This document shows, in pieces, positions 14,653-29,886 of a stretch of 64,000 nt of DNA (its first letter is position 1; every line of letters starts with the position of its first letter). The stretch is taken from the NCBI RefSeq assembly GCF_009914755.1, contig NC_060931.1; one strand, given 5' to 3'. The position numbers and the translations under genes were made by a program. Below the pieces are notes generated by a model, which searched no databases, was not told the DNA's origin, and saw nothing but the letters and a program-made list of their open reading frames with translations. Source of the stretch: the human T2T-CHM13v2.0 reference genome, Homo sapiens.

Positions 14653-17600
14653 TGTGTGTGCGCACAACTTGACCCTGAGTTAACTGTCTTATTCTTCTCT
14701 TTTATTTCTTAGCAAATTTGCCATGATTTAAAAAAGAAAAACAGCTTATATTTATATTCCTACTTCCTCATTCCTCATTTACTTCTCAACCATCTGTTGG
14801 CTTTTGCTCATATCACTTTATGTAAGAGAGGTCATGCCAAAGCTATATACATGGTTCCTTGTTCCTGGAGGGGATATCCATTTGAAACAGATATAAATAT
14901 GTGTGGATATATATATATGTATGTATGTATGTATGTATGCAGGCTTTTATATATGTATTACTGTGTATCACAGAACTTTGTTATAGCCTCTGAAGTTAGA
15001 AAAACAAACAATATAATATGCAGTTCCAAGAATATTTTAATTTTTATGTTAGAGACAAAATTAAATGAAACATCACCACAACTGAATGTTAACTACTTAA
15101 TTTTCACAATTGCCTTGGCATTAATAAAGGTTATATGTTTTCAGGAAAAATGTGTGTGTCCTTAAAACACAGCATCAGTATGTTAGCAGACAAAGAGCAG
15201 GACTGTTGAAGTTGAATATAACTTGATTTATTAGTTTTATAAAAGTACATGTGATATGAATCTTTTTATCATGTGGTTTATCTTGTCATGAAATGCAACC
15301 TTTGTTTAAAAAGTTGAGCTCCTGTAAAAGGTGACTGGAATGAGAAGCTGTATTTCAAGATAATGATATTTAGATTGGACATTTTTAGGATCCATACATA
15401 GAAAAGAAGCTTTAAACCCATAAATTCTTCACTAATTCAACCAACTGAACAATTTGTGAAAATAGTGGATGGAATACATTTACTTTCCTTATAACATAAA
15501 ACTTTGTGTGTTTAAAAAAAAGAAAAAGATCAAATTAATGATATGCCTCCAAGACACTATGTGTTAATCCTGGATGTATAGAGAATTCCGAAACAGGAAA
15601 AAAAAAAAACAAAAAACACCACATTTCTGAATTTACATGAAAGCAACTTGTTCTTATTTATATACTTTTAGTTAAATCCACCTGAAAAAACCTTTATACT
15701 CTTTTAAAATCAGATATATCTCATGCACAAATTTGAACACAGAATGTAAAATTCATTGCCATCTTTGAGTCAAAAACTTTTCATTTTTGAAATAAAGTAT
15801 GTAGAGGTGAACAAGATTCCTAGTGGTTGCTTTGGATGATTACATAATGAAAGGAAAAAAATGATTTATTTACACTTAGTACCTATTAAAATGATATAAG
15901 TAGTGGCTTGCACTTATATACTTCTATCACAAAATAGTATACTTAAAATTATGACAAATATAAGATGCTAAAAAGTCCCTTCCAATTATCAGAGTAAGAT
16001 TAATTTGTAAATTTTTGAGATAGTACATTTTATATTAATAGAATTGAATTTTGTGTTAAACTTTTGTTATATTTGAGTTCTTCAAAATAAGGAAATGCTA
16101 GATTATTTAAAATATGTGAAAGCAGCATATTCCTTGCCCCCAGTTATATTTTATAATTATAAATCTGTCCTGTAACAGCACTCATGCTTCCAACCTCTGT
16201 TACGTATTCTCAATTTATTTGTTGTGATGTATTAGGAACTATCACTGGATCTGTGCTCTGGGCTGCATGCCTAAAGTTCACAGTTAAACAGGACACTGTC
16301 CCAATACTGTAGATTTTTTTTTTTTAATCCAGAGAGGAACAGAGGAGAGATGCCATGGGTAGAGTACAGAGTGAAGGATATGTATATGGCTTTGCACAGT
16401 GTGCTATGGGATCAGAGGCCAAGCATCTAAAGGAGCCTACAGTGGCAAGGAGGTTCAGGGACATCTTCCAGGTGGTGAGGATTACCCTGAATTTTGATTA
16501 AGGAGTAAGAGTTATTAAATAAAGATATGCACATATTAGTTAATGCATCTGGATATTCCCATTCATTTCTGATGATTTCTTTGAAAGAAATATTCGTAGA
16601 ATCTAGTTATCACTTGAAAATATTCACAATCTATTAACAGCTCAGTTCATTTATCAACTTTTCAAAAGTGGTTCCTCTATGCTATTAAAATCACCAGATG
16701 CTAAACAAAAACCAAAAGATGTACCCTTAAACCTTACATTAAACTGTATGACACTGTAGTACATGCAGTAAGCAGAGTTTAATTAATTTGAAATTATATG
16801 TGTATTATTTCAGTCTTTTGATCATTTTCAAATACTCATAGGCCGAAAATTTTAGCACCTAGAGTATCTTAAAGGGTTCCAAAAATTTTCATCAAACTGT
16901 TCGCCATTATTCACAATATTTTGTCACCAAACCATCTGAACATATTCATTTTTGTCTCGCTTTTCAACACCCAATCCATGTGTGTTCCTCAAGCACATAT
17001 AAAACAATCCATTAGAGCTAGCAATAACCACACCTTTCAAAATGGTGAAAATTCCAATCAGAAGCAAAGTGAATGGGCATTTTACCCTGCAGAGTCTTCT
17101 TATATATAAATGTATGATTTTTGTAGAAATTTTTGAAACACCAGAAAGAGTTTATAATTTCTCATTACTTTTTAAATGAATCATTAGCATTTTAGGAAAC
17201 CAGGTTGAGAATCACAGTATTCTTACAAAATGTGGAGTGTTGGTCAGAAAATTGAAATAAGCTGATAATAGGACGGCTAGAAAAAGTAGTTAGAGTTTTG
17301 ATTGAAGCTGATATTCCTCCACAGTATCAGGTTCAATGAGGTCCCTCTCTGTAATACTCTTCCCTTATAGTAAAACATACATTCAAATATATTCCAACTA
17401 CAAACACTAATCTTCACAGTCTTCATTTGCTTATGAAATGCTTTCTTTTAATACATTATACCTATAAAAGGATTTGTCTTCATCTTTTCTTGAAAGGAAT
17501 CAGTTTTCAAATGAGGATGTAGTTTTTGCTGTTGTAAACTGCCTTTTTGTAAATTTACAAAACAATACTTAGACATTTTTTGAGTATTTAGGAAATTTGA

Positions 17601-17972
17601 GTATTACTGCAATCTTTAATAATTAAATAATATAATAAATTTTATCCAATAAACCTTAAAGTTTAAAATTTTTCCTATTTTACCATTCCTTTGATTTCTC
17701 TATTTTAATAACATTTTATTTACAATCTATGCATAAGAATAAAATAGGACCCATACATATACTTTATTAACATATTAGGCATGAGTTGCTTGTGAATATG
17801 ATATAAATATTATACTTAACAGCTCTCTAATACACCTATTAGTTTATAATCTATGATTCATATGGCTTTATAATTGGCACAATCAGGTTTTAAATCAAAA
17901 ATTCTCCCCTCACTACCACTACCCACTATCTCTTTAAAAACCACCTAGATCATTATTAAAATTTAAATATTA

Positions 17973-18095
<123 letters not shown>

Positions 18096-18299
18096 TTAAA
18101 AACAAAACCAAACAAAACAATATGCGTATTATTCACAATAAAAGAGAAAATAAAGCTATATGGAACGAGCATGAGCAGGTTGCAAGTAATTAATGAAATA
18201 TCTGCTCACAAAATATATTCTAAGAACTGGTTCCTGGATCAGTTCAGGCCCACCCCCTTCACCAGGCCTTCCCCTCACCACCCAGATAACCATAAGTCT

Positions 18300-18590
18300 A
18301 TCTCACTTCCTTCAGTCTTTGATCATACGCCACTTTATCATGAGGTGATTACTCACAACTATGTTTTAAATTGCAGTCTCCCTCCAAGATAGTATGTTTC
18401 TTCATAGCATTTTACTTTCTTTTATATACATATTTTATTTTCTTGTTTGTTTATTGTTGGTATCCCCCAACAGAATGTAAGCTACATAAGGGAAGGAAGC
18501 TTTGTCTTTTTTGCTCAAAGACTTCTTTGTCCCTCCATAGAAGACTGCCTAGCACATAATAAAATCTCAGTAGTTTATTAAAAAAATGAG
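18300..18590 (+). mobile_element. L2 3' end
   Basis: agaatgtaagctacataagggaagg...tgcctagcacataataaaatctcagtag. Confidence 0.65.
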
Positions 18591-19116
18591 CTTTTAATAA
18601 ATGTCAATTTTATGCACATATGATTTTATAGTATAAACAAAAAATAACATTAATTTAAAATGTGTATCTTCAATCCACTTTCAAATAAGTGTTTTCTTCC
18701 CTCTTTATTCATTCTACTTTATTCACTTCACATGTTTGAAATCACAAATCCTAACACTGGTCACCTAAAATGCAATGCTCTTTTGTTCCTTTGTAAATGC
18801 TGATACCTATTCCCAGGATGTCCTCTTATCCTCTCTCAACCAACCACACATATTCTAATCCTGAAAGACTCAAGTCCATGGTAAATCTTCTTACACTTTA
18901 AGGTCTCCAAAAGAGTTAGATATGGGAGAATGATGGATTAGCACCAAAGGGCCATTAAAATGAACAATTAATTTAGAAAGCTGGACTTCTCCGAGGTCCA
19001 AAATTATTATCTTAACTTTTCTACTGTTGTGAAATGTGTTTGCTTTAAATGCTGAGAATAAAAGATCACACTAATTTATGAATGCTCAGCTTCTTTGAAA
19101 ATGTCAACCCTAGGTT

Positions 19117-19430
19117 CAGTGCTGTCCAAAAGAAATATAACATGAGCCTCATATGGAACTTTAAATTTTCTAATAACTACTTTAAGGGGAGTAATAAGAA
19201 ATATCTGACATTAATCCTAATAATATATTTTCTTTAACCCAGTCATCCAAAATATTAATCAATATTAGGTATCAATCAATATTGAGATGTTATACAGCTT
19301 TTTCTTCCATAAGTCTTCAAACTTCAGTATGCATTTTATACTTACACAACATATCATTTCAGATCAGCCACCTTTCAAGTGCTCACTAGCCACCTGTGAT
19401 TGTTGTTACCATATTGTACAGCATGGCACA
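19117..19430. mobile_element. MER33-like hAT-Charlie element
   Basis: cagtgctgtccaaaagaaatataacatgagcc...ttcaagtgctcactagccacctgtg...catattgtacagca. Confidence 0.75.
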
Positions 19431-21194
19431 GCCCTGGCTTTTAAATGACTAATATTTTTTAAAAATTATTTTTTCTTTAGTGTTCTAAGTCATTGAAGGT
19501 CCATGCTCTACCTTATTTTTTCAAAGAAGATAAAACCCATTTTCCCTTGTGAAAATTAATAAATACAACGTTTTTCTTTATTAATGAAAAGATCCTGTTT
19601 CAGGTCATCTCATTCCATGGACTCAGCCATTAGAACATTGGCAGTAAAAGCTTTTAATCAAACATTGTGAAAGCACAAGTATTAACTAATATAATTTGTC
19701 ACTTTCAACATGGCTGTTATCTTTGAAGGTAACCTATCTGAAAATCTGACTACACAAAAAGTTGCCTATTTTATCATCAAAATAGTTTTGTGAAACATGC
19801 CTCAAATCCCTTAACTAAAATTAGTTTCTCTAGTGATTTGTCTTTTTTATCTGCATGTGTAAAATAGTCAAAATAATATGTACCTAAAGAACTATCCTGT
19901 AAAAATGTTAAACAAAACCATAGGACATGGTTTTGTTTTTGAAGTACTGAAAGTACTATTATTGGATGCAAATATCAATGTAAATCAACACATTAGGTCT
20001 TGCTGATCATTTGTATACTTACGTAAATAAAATTATAACAACATTTCCCGAGAGAGAGATGTTAGGGCATACACAAAAGAAGGAATATGGGGAAAATAAA
20101 GAAATTGTTTTGCCTTCAACATGATTTTTCCTAGGAGTAGCCTCTCAGGACTTGTGGTGGAGCCAAGTACATAATAGCAAATTTTCCATGCATTTGCAAT
20201 TATCTAAAGAATCACACAGCGACAACAATTAACTGGCTTTGAACAAATTAAGCCAAAAAAACAAGATTGTTTCAATAAAATTACAATTAGTAGAGTTGGT
20301 AACTTACTTTAATATGGTAGTTTGCTGTATTTCTGTGTGCCAGTATATAGCACAGCATCTATCATATATACACTCTATATAAAGTTTTTTTGAAAAATGC
20401 ATATATATGGTAATATTTTATGAAATGGTACCTGAAGATTAATTCAAATCTAAATGTAAGTTTTACTTTGGGACTGATATGTCTAATGCTATTTAATACT
20501 TGCTTCAGTGATCTTAAAGGTAAATGCTGCGAGGACAAAAAAAAAAACCAGAATGGCATTTGAGCAATAAGATGACTGGAAGTGTTTGAAAGAAAACACA
20601 ATATGCTTCAAATTATTTTAACATAAAGAATTTCAATATATATGTGGGATGTATGGAAAGTAAAACACATTAGACTTACTTAGGGAACAACTGGGACCAT
20701 ATTTTAAAAATCACTACAATTGTAGCGGTTATAAAGGCAGCAGGAGAGGCCAATAGGAGTTAAATCATATTTTATCAGCAACTAGTAATAAATCTGGAAG
20801 TTAATGTGGCCTCTCTAGTGAGGCTACCTCTGAAATTGTACTTTACACTTGAAACTCCTGATCATTTCACAACTGAAACCTAAACAGGAGGCAATGAAGT
20901 GAGGGGAAAAAAAATACTAAGAAGAATAATTAAAATGCCAAGATCAAGGAAACTCAATTATTGACTTAAGCAAAAAATAATTTTTATCAAAAACAACCAT
21001 ATTCCTTTACTAGAGGAAGGATACATCTTAATCTAACGGTTAATTACAGTACAATTTTGTAGTTTTGAGCTTTTAATTTTTATTAATGAACATACAACAT
21101 TTAACAAACATATGCATCTCACCACACATTATTTCCCTTGGAAATAGCAGGGCTGCACATCTCTGATTTTCTGTCTTCTTAATCTAACGGTGTC

Positions 21195-21925
21195 TATTAA
21201 ATAACATGACCTCAAATTCAACATATCTGAAACTGAGCTATTTCTACCCCCACATTTCCTCTATGTGTGTTCCTGTGCAATCATCTACTTACTAGTTCAG
21301 TTCAGAGAATGTAGAGTCACCTAAGCCCCTCTCACTCTGCAACCCAGCCCACACCACTTAATCAGTTCCCATGCCATGCTCCTTAATAGCTCCTCACTTC
21401 TATTCCCACACCAGCATCTCTACGAATACCTTCCTTAACTTAGAACACTCCAAGGCCATACTATAAAGTTTTCCTTTGCCCCTAAACACTTCCTTAACTG
21501 ATACCTCATGGCCTTTCCATTTCCATCAAGTTCCTATATTGCTCATGTCCCAACTATGCCAGCCATCTGCAATTTTTTACTGTGCTATGTTGTGTCACAC
21601 TTCTGTGATTTGTCTAAAATATGCTCCTTTTTCTGAAATAATTTTCCCTTCCTCTACCTACCTAAGTTCTAATCATTCTTCAAAACCTCATTTTCACGGA
21701 AATGCCACACTTTTCCTGACCTCCTTTGAGGAGCTGGGCCCATCCTCTGTGCTGTCCCAGGGAACACGCTAAATATCCTGTAATGGCACTTGCACACTGT
21801 TCTGTGGATGATGATTTAGCACTCAGAGCAGCTGGTCCTGTTTACTTCTATAATTCCAGCACCAGCACTATGACAGGAAATGGTGATGCATTCAATAAAT
21901 TTTGGCTGAATGAATAAATGAATCA
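21195..21925 (+). mobile_element. L2 fragment
   Basis: ctcaaattcaacatatctgaaactgagc... ending aataaattttggctgaatgaataaatgaa. Confidence 0.65.
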
Positions 21926-22255
21926 CCCAATTGGATATCTCAAAAACTATTTAGAATATTCACTCAGGAACAACAAACTCATATTTGCATAAAGATCAAA
22001 TATAAGAGTTCATTCAGTGATTCAGCAAATATTAACAGACATTATGATCTGACTTTTTACCAGATGTGGGCTAGTAATTACAGCAATAATGACCATGACT
22101 CCAATACCACCCAGCAACCTACACCTGCGTGTGGTTTGCTACATGCCAGGTTCCGTGGACAATCTTATGCACAATTCTCTGAGGTACATGTCATAGTGAC
22201 CTCTAATGCATACAAGTGGAAACCAAGGTGCAGAGAAGTAAGGTTCCTACTCTCA

Positions 22256-22683
<428 letters not shown>

Positions 22684-23217
22684 GACACATGCTATAACAT
22701 GGGGCAATAAGCACGCCAGTATCTGACAGTCTAGACACTGATGAGTGATTGTGGGGAATCCTCACTCAGAAAGAATTCCTGCTCCGGGAGTTGCATTTCT
22801 GTTCATCTTAATGTCTACCATTTGGAACTTTCTGTACATTTTAGGAACAATTTAAAGACCCAAACTAGATGTTTAAAACTAAAATGTTCTCAGTAACCAT
22901 TTGATGATTGAAAGTGCAAGGTTACAGATAAATACTGTGGTGATTGAGATAAGAAAAAGTAATGATATTCTATATAGGCCAATTAAGTTTCACGTGCTTA
23001 TTCAAAATTAAATTATTTCCTTATAAATTTTTTTAAAACATAGATAAAAAATATCAAAAACTTAAAAATCTACATTTTAGATGCCTTTTGAATTTTAAAT
23101 TCAAAGATAAAAATAGTTCAAAGGTTTCTTCTGCCTGCACACATCTGTGTTTTAAATAAATGAAAAACAGCACTATCTAATCCCAGAGAGTAGTAACTAT
23201 CAGAATATTGAAATTCA

Positions 23218-23463
<246 letters not shown>

Positions 23464-24779
23464 TTAAAATCAACCATATAGTTTTCATAGAATTTGTGTT
23501 TGATACTCCTAAACGGTATTGCATTGCTTACTCTTTCAAATGGAAAAGTGAGTAGGCTGGTGACAAAGGTGCATTAAGAAACCAATGGCTATTTTCATCT
23601 GAGCTACCAACCCATACTGGAACGCTGAGTCTGCTGCTTATATTCCCGAAGCCTGCTTTCCCTGCTTATAAATTTGAGAGTTAAATTATATGACATCCCT
23701 TCTAGTTCTCAAATTTAATGAGCATGTAGAAAAAATAATCCAAAGCAATGAAATAGATGCAGGATCCAGAAATGATATGGGATGCTTGCCCTGGTTGTGT
23801 GGACATGTTAAATATTTTCATTGCCTCTTATTAGGAAAGACTGGTTGGAAAAGTAATACACTGAATAACATGAATCAATGTTTAGTCATTTTGAAATCTG
23901 ATGGTACTGTCTTTCTACAGAGGCTAACAGAGGAAAGCAATCTGAATCAAGAACAACTGGTAGCCTTTTAGAAATATCACTTTAGAGGTTACTAAAGAGT
24001 GCCAGGGGAACCTTGGAGGCAAGGTGATGGAGCCCTGAACAGCAGAGAGGCTGTGGGAGAGAAAACATCAACTCCAACGATAACTGCCCAAAATGGAAAA
24101 TTTAAGAACGATCATCAAAGTAACTTCGTCAACCCCATAAAAAATATTCACATCGTTCCCTGGATATTTCCAAAAAGAAAGAACAATAGGAATGCTGCAA
24201 CAAAATCCAGGATAAGAGGATGAGTGGAGTCATCCAATCATTTATTAACTCTGTAATTTGTGAAAGTTATTCAGGCTCTTGGCACCTAAACTGTCACATC
24301 TGCAGAATGGGAATAATAAAAAAAAGCATATTTGCCAGAAAAAAGGGACTGGCCAGATAAAATGTTAAAGATATTTTCACATCAAAAACATATACTTATT
24401 TTAATGAGTGGGTCATAAGTTATTACATATTCTTGCAAATATAATTCATCATTTTTTTCTCTGAAGATCACTGAACGTAATTATAAGGTACATTGCACAG
24501 TTCATCAGTTTATTAAGCAAATATTTACTAGCAGCCTATTATATGCCAAGAATCATGGCAGGTAGTAGTTTTATGCTTTCAGACATAATTATTTGCACAC
24601 ACAAAAATACCATAAATATATAAACAGTTATATAGTGTCTACTATGTGCTGCATTTACTACATATTCTACAAATGTAAATCATTTCGTCTTTGCAAATGC
24701 TCTGCAAGATAAACATTATCATTATCCCCATTTTATCTACGAAAAAAACTCATCCTGCATTGCCTCTCAATATAGTATA

Positions 24780-26700
<1,921 letters not shown>

Positions 26701-27849
26701 AAAACAAGAGGTAAAATGTCCTGCACAGATAGTAAGTCCTTTTTCATGTTTATTTTGAACAAGACTTTCATGAATATCACCAGTGTGAGAATAAAGTTCC
26801 AGTATATTTATTTACTGTTTTCTATAAATTCAAATATTGAAAACTGAGTATCTTCAGGTCCAAATGACCAGTCCCACTGCCTCTTTTATCACTCTTCTAT
26901 TCTTTGGTTATTGGATGCAAGCTTATTCTACATGTTCCATTTTCAAAACAAATAAATGTTAGCATTTCCCTGTATTGGTAAGTAAAAATACAGTTTGCCA
27001 ATACATTAATAGTAAAGTGACCTTAGAGAATTATTAGAAATGGTTACAGGAAATATTATTAACTGACTTATTTAAACCATGAATCACCATAAAGGTACAA
27101 GTTATGCAGAAATTGAGCACTGAATAATGTATTGCTCAGAGTCTTTCAGTTGGCCTTGACCTGCTTTTAACACAGAAAAGTGAAGCATCTCATTAAGTGA
27201 CTTTAACACAAACTGATTAAATGTAAATTCATTCATTAAATATATATTCAGTAGTGTATAACAGAATTACTATAATTGCACTCATAGTAAAACTCACAAA
27301 TAATGTACAGAAAGGAATAACTTACAAAGTATAACTCCCTATAGCAAATCTTACTCTCCTAGGAAAGTGATGAGAAATTTGAAAGTTTACAATCAGATAA
27401 GACTATATTTCACAGATATCTTAGACTCATCAGCTTATATCGTATTATGTATGTTTTAAAAATAGGTTAATTTTCATGGGCTGAAGTGGCAGTCTTTGAT
27501 AACACGTGCCTACATACTAATTTAAAACCACATATTAAAAACCTTAGAGCAAAAGTGTAATAGCAAATATATTACAGAACTTTGAAATGGTATATGGCGA
27601 GTGAAAAGAGATTGAAGGAGCTCTGATTTTTTCATCAATTAAGAAAATACTTCTTGTAAAAGTGTGTATTTAACATGACAGAGTCAGAAATCCAAACTAA
27701 CATCACATTGATTCCTTTTCCAATCCCAGAAAATTCAACTAAGTAGGTCACTCATTAGAACTGCTGAGGACAATTTCTGTTAGCCTGTTTAGATAGGAAG
27801 GCACGTGTGTTAACATGGGCATCTGGGGTAAAAATCCTGGAGGGTTTGT

Positions 27850-28235
27850 ATTTCTACTCCAGCATTGGGGCATTCTTTCCTTTGCCCTTCCACATCTCTT
27901 GTTCCTTCTGCCAAAAACACTTTTTCCCACTATATGTACTGTTCCTCTGCCTACAATACTTTTTCTCCCTTCTTCACTCAGTCCTCATGAAAGTTTTCAT
28001 GACCTTCCCTGACTAGATTAAGTCACCCAATACTAAGCTCTCTTAAATCTATCTCTTTTTTACAGAGCACCAGTTATAATTTCATATTTCTCTGTATCCT
28101 AGCTTAATAAATAGACCCCTCTATTGGATTGTTAGCCCACATGGCCAGAGAATATGTCCACACCACCACTGCATTTTCTGTACTTGGCATGTAATAAACA
28201 TGCTATAAATATTTACTGAATAAATGAATAATGGA
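27850..28235 (+). mobile_element. L2 3' end
   Basis: Ends aaatatttactgaataaatgaataatgg. Confidence 0.6.
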
Positions 28236-28270
28236 TAAATGTTTAAACTCTTTGGATGTGGACTTTAAGA

Positions 28271-28360
28271 AAATTAGAAGCCAGTATAAAATGTTGATCA
28301 ATAATCAAACTATGGAAATTAGAAGTCAGTGTAAAATGTTAATCAATAATCAAGCTATAG
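28271..28360. repeat. 45-bp tandem duplication (2 copies, 5 mismatches)
   Basis: aaattagaagccagtataaaatgttgatcaataatcaaactatgg / aaattagaagtcagtgtaaaatgttaatcaataatcaagctatag. Confidence 0.92.
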
Positions 28361-29239
28361 ATTTATAAGTAGATGAATTGCATCTTAGCTCTGCAATATG
28401 TTGTTAAACTTGTACATTCAAAAGTACAAATACTCTGTCCAAATAGACATTAAAATACTCAAATAAAGATATACAGAACATCTAACATAGAGTCTGACAT
28501 ACAGTAGATGTTAAATGGCAACTCTATTGTTTTAAAAATTATTTTAGTAAAAAGGATTAGGATACTCAGTACTAAAATTAGAACAGATTCCTAATTCATA
28601 AGATTCAGATAAACTGCCTCAGCTGTATTGAGCTTGAAATAAAGTTCACTAACAGGATGATACAAGTGTCCCTCAAACATTAGTTTGGTGTTTGAAACAG
28701 TTTCTGATAAAACTATGATCAATGCATTTCAATACTTCCAAAGAAACTTCTTATTAAATATCCCAGTCAGGTACACAAATTGAAAGATGCTTTCCAGTCA
28801 AAACAAAGTATCAGTATCTCAAATGAAATAACCCAAGCTTTTGGTTTTGTAAAGGCAGTCTCTATTTTTGCTCTAATTTCCCCTGCTGAATATGAAATCA
28901 TTCCATAAAATATTTCTGAGAAGAGGGACTCTGCTTGTCATCACATTATGTCAGGATACAAACAATGAAATATTCCTGTTGCCTTAATACACGCTACAAG
29001 TCAAAGAAGCAGAAAGTTACGGGAAGTGCCCTTTGTCTGGAAATGGCAACTAGAACACATCTTCTTGGAGTACCAAGTCTTCCTTTGAATGGTTTAGTGC
29101 AGTCAAGTAGTTCTGCACTGGAAACATTAAGAATTAATGACAAAAGACATTCTTAAGGTCACATATTCTACTTGAAACTTCAGTGAAAGAGAAGTAGCTC
29201 ATTTATTATTTGCCCACTCAACCTGTCTTTTTAAAATTA

Positions 29240-29372
29240 TTTTTAGTTTTAAAAATGAGAAAGGGTCTTACTATTTTGCCCAGACTGGTTTCGAATTCCT
29301 GGCCTCAAGTGATCCTCCCACCTTGGCCTCCCAAGCAGCTGGAATTACAGGCATGAGCCACTGTATCCAGCT
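29240..29372 (-). mobile_element. Alu left monomer (FLAM-like)
   Basis: Single monomer ...ggcctcaagtgatcctccc...catgagccactgtatccagc. Confidence 0.85.
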
Positions 29373-29867
29373 CTCAACATGTCTATTAATTCGCATCCCT
29401 TCCCCTCAGAAAGACCGTTCTCCTATGTATGGATTCTAAATGTTTAAAGGCAGGCTTTCTTTAGGGTACTTTGTACATTGTTTAGTCCTAAAGCATTTTT
29501 AAGAAGCAAAAATAGGACACAACTATAGTTTCTGAAAAAATTGTTCAATATTTATTACTTAACATGTCTTAATGTTTTATTTTCTCTATTTCTGGCATGT
29601 AAAATAAATAATGGTGCAAAATTGTTGGCTCAAGCCATGTAATGATCAGCAAAAATAATAATTCAAATCCAGACCTGACTGCTTTGGAAAAGGATTTTTT
29701 AAATTAAAATAATATTAGTACACTTATTTACACAAGTTAACTATGATGGATAACATACACAACAAATTTATATTTTGTAAGATTAAATAATTTAAATAAG
29801 AAACAATAAAATTTTGCATATTAGTAAGTACAAACACAAATTATGGTATCAGACACTATCCACATTT

Positions 29868-29886
29868 TGGCCACCAGATGGCAATG
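29868..29886 (+). promoter_or_regulatory. CTCF binding motif
   Basis: TGGCCACCAGATGGCAATG matches the core CCASYAGRKGGCR, in an otherwise very AT-rich context. Confidence 0.65.
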
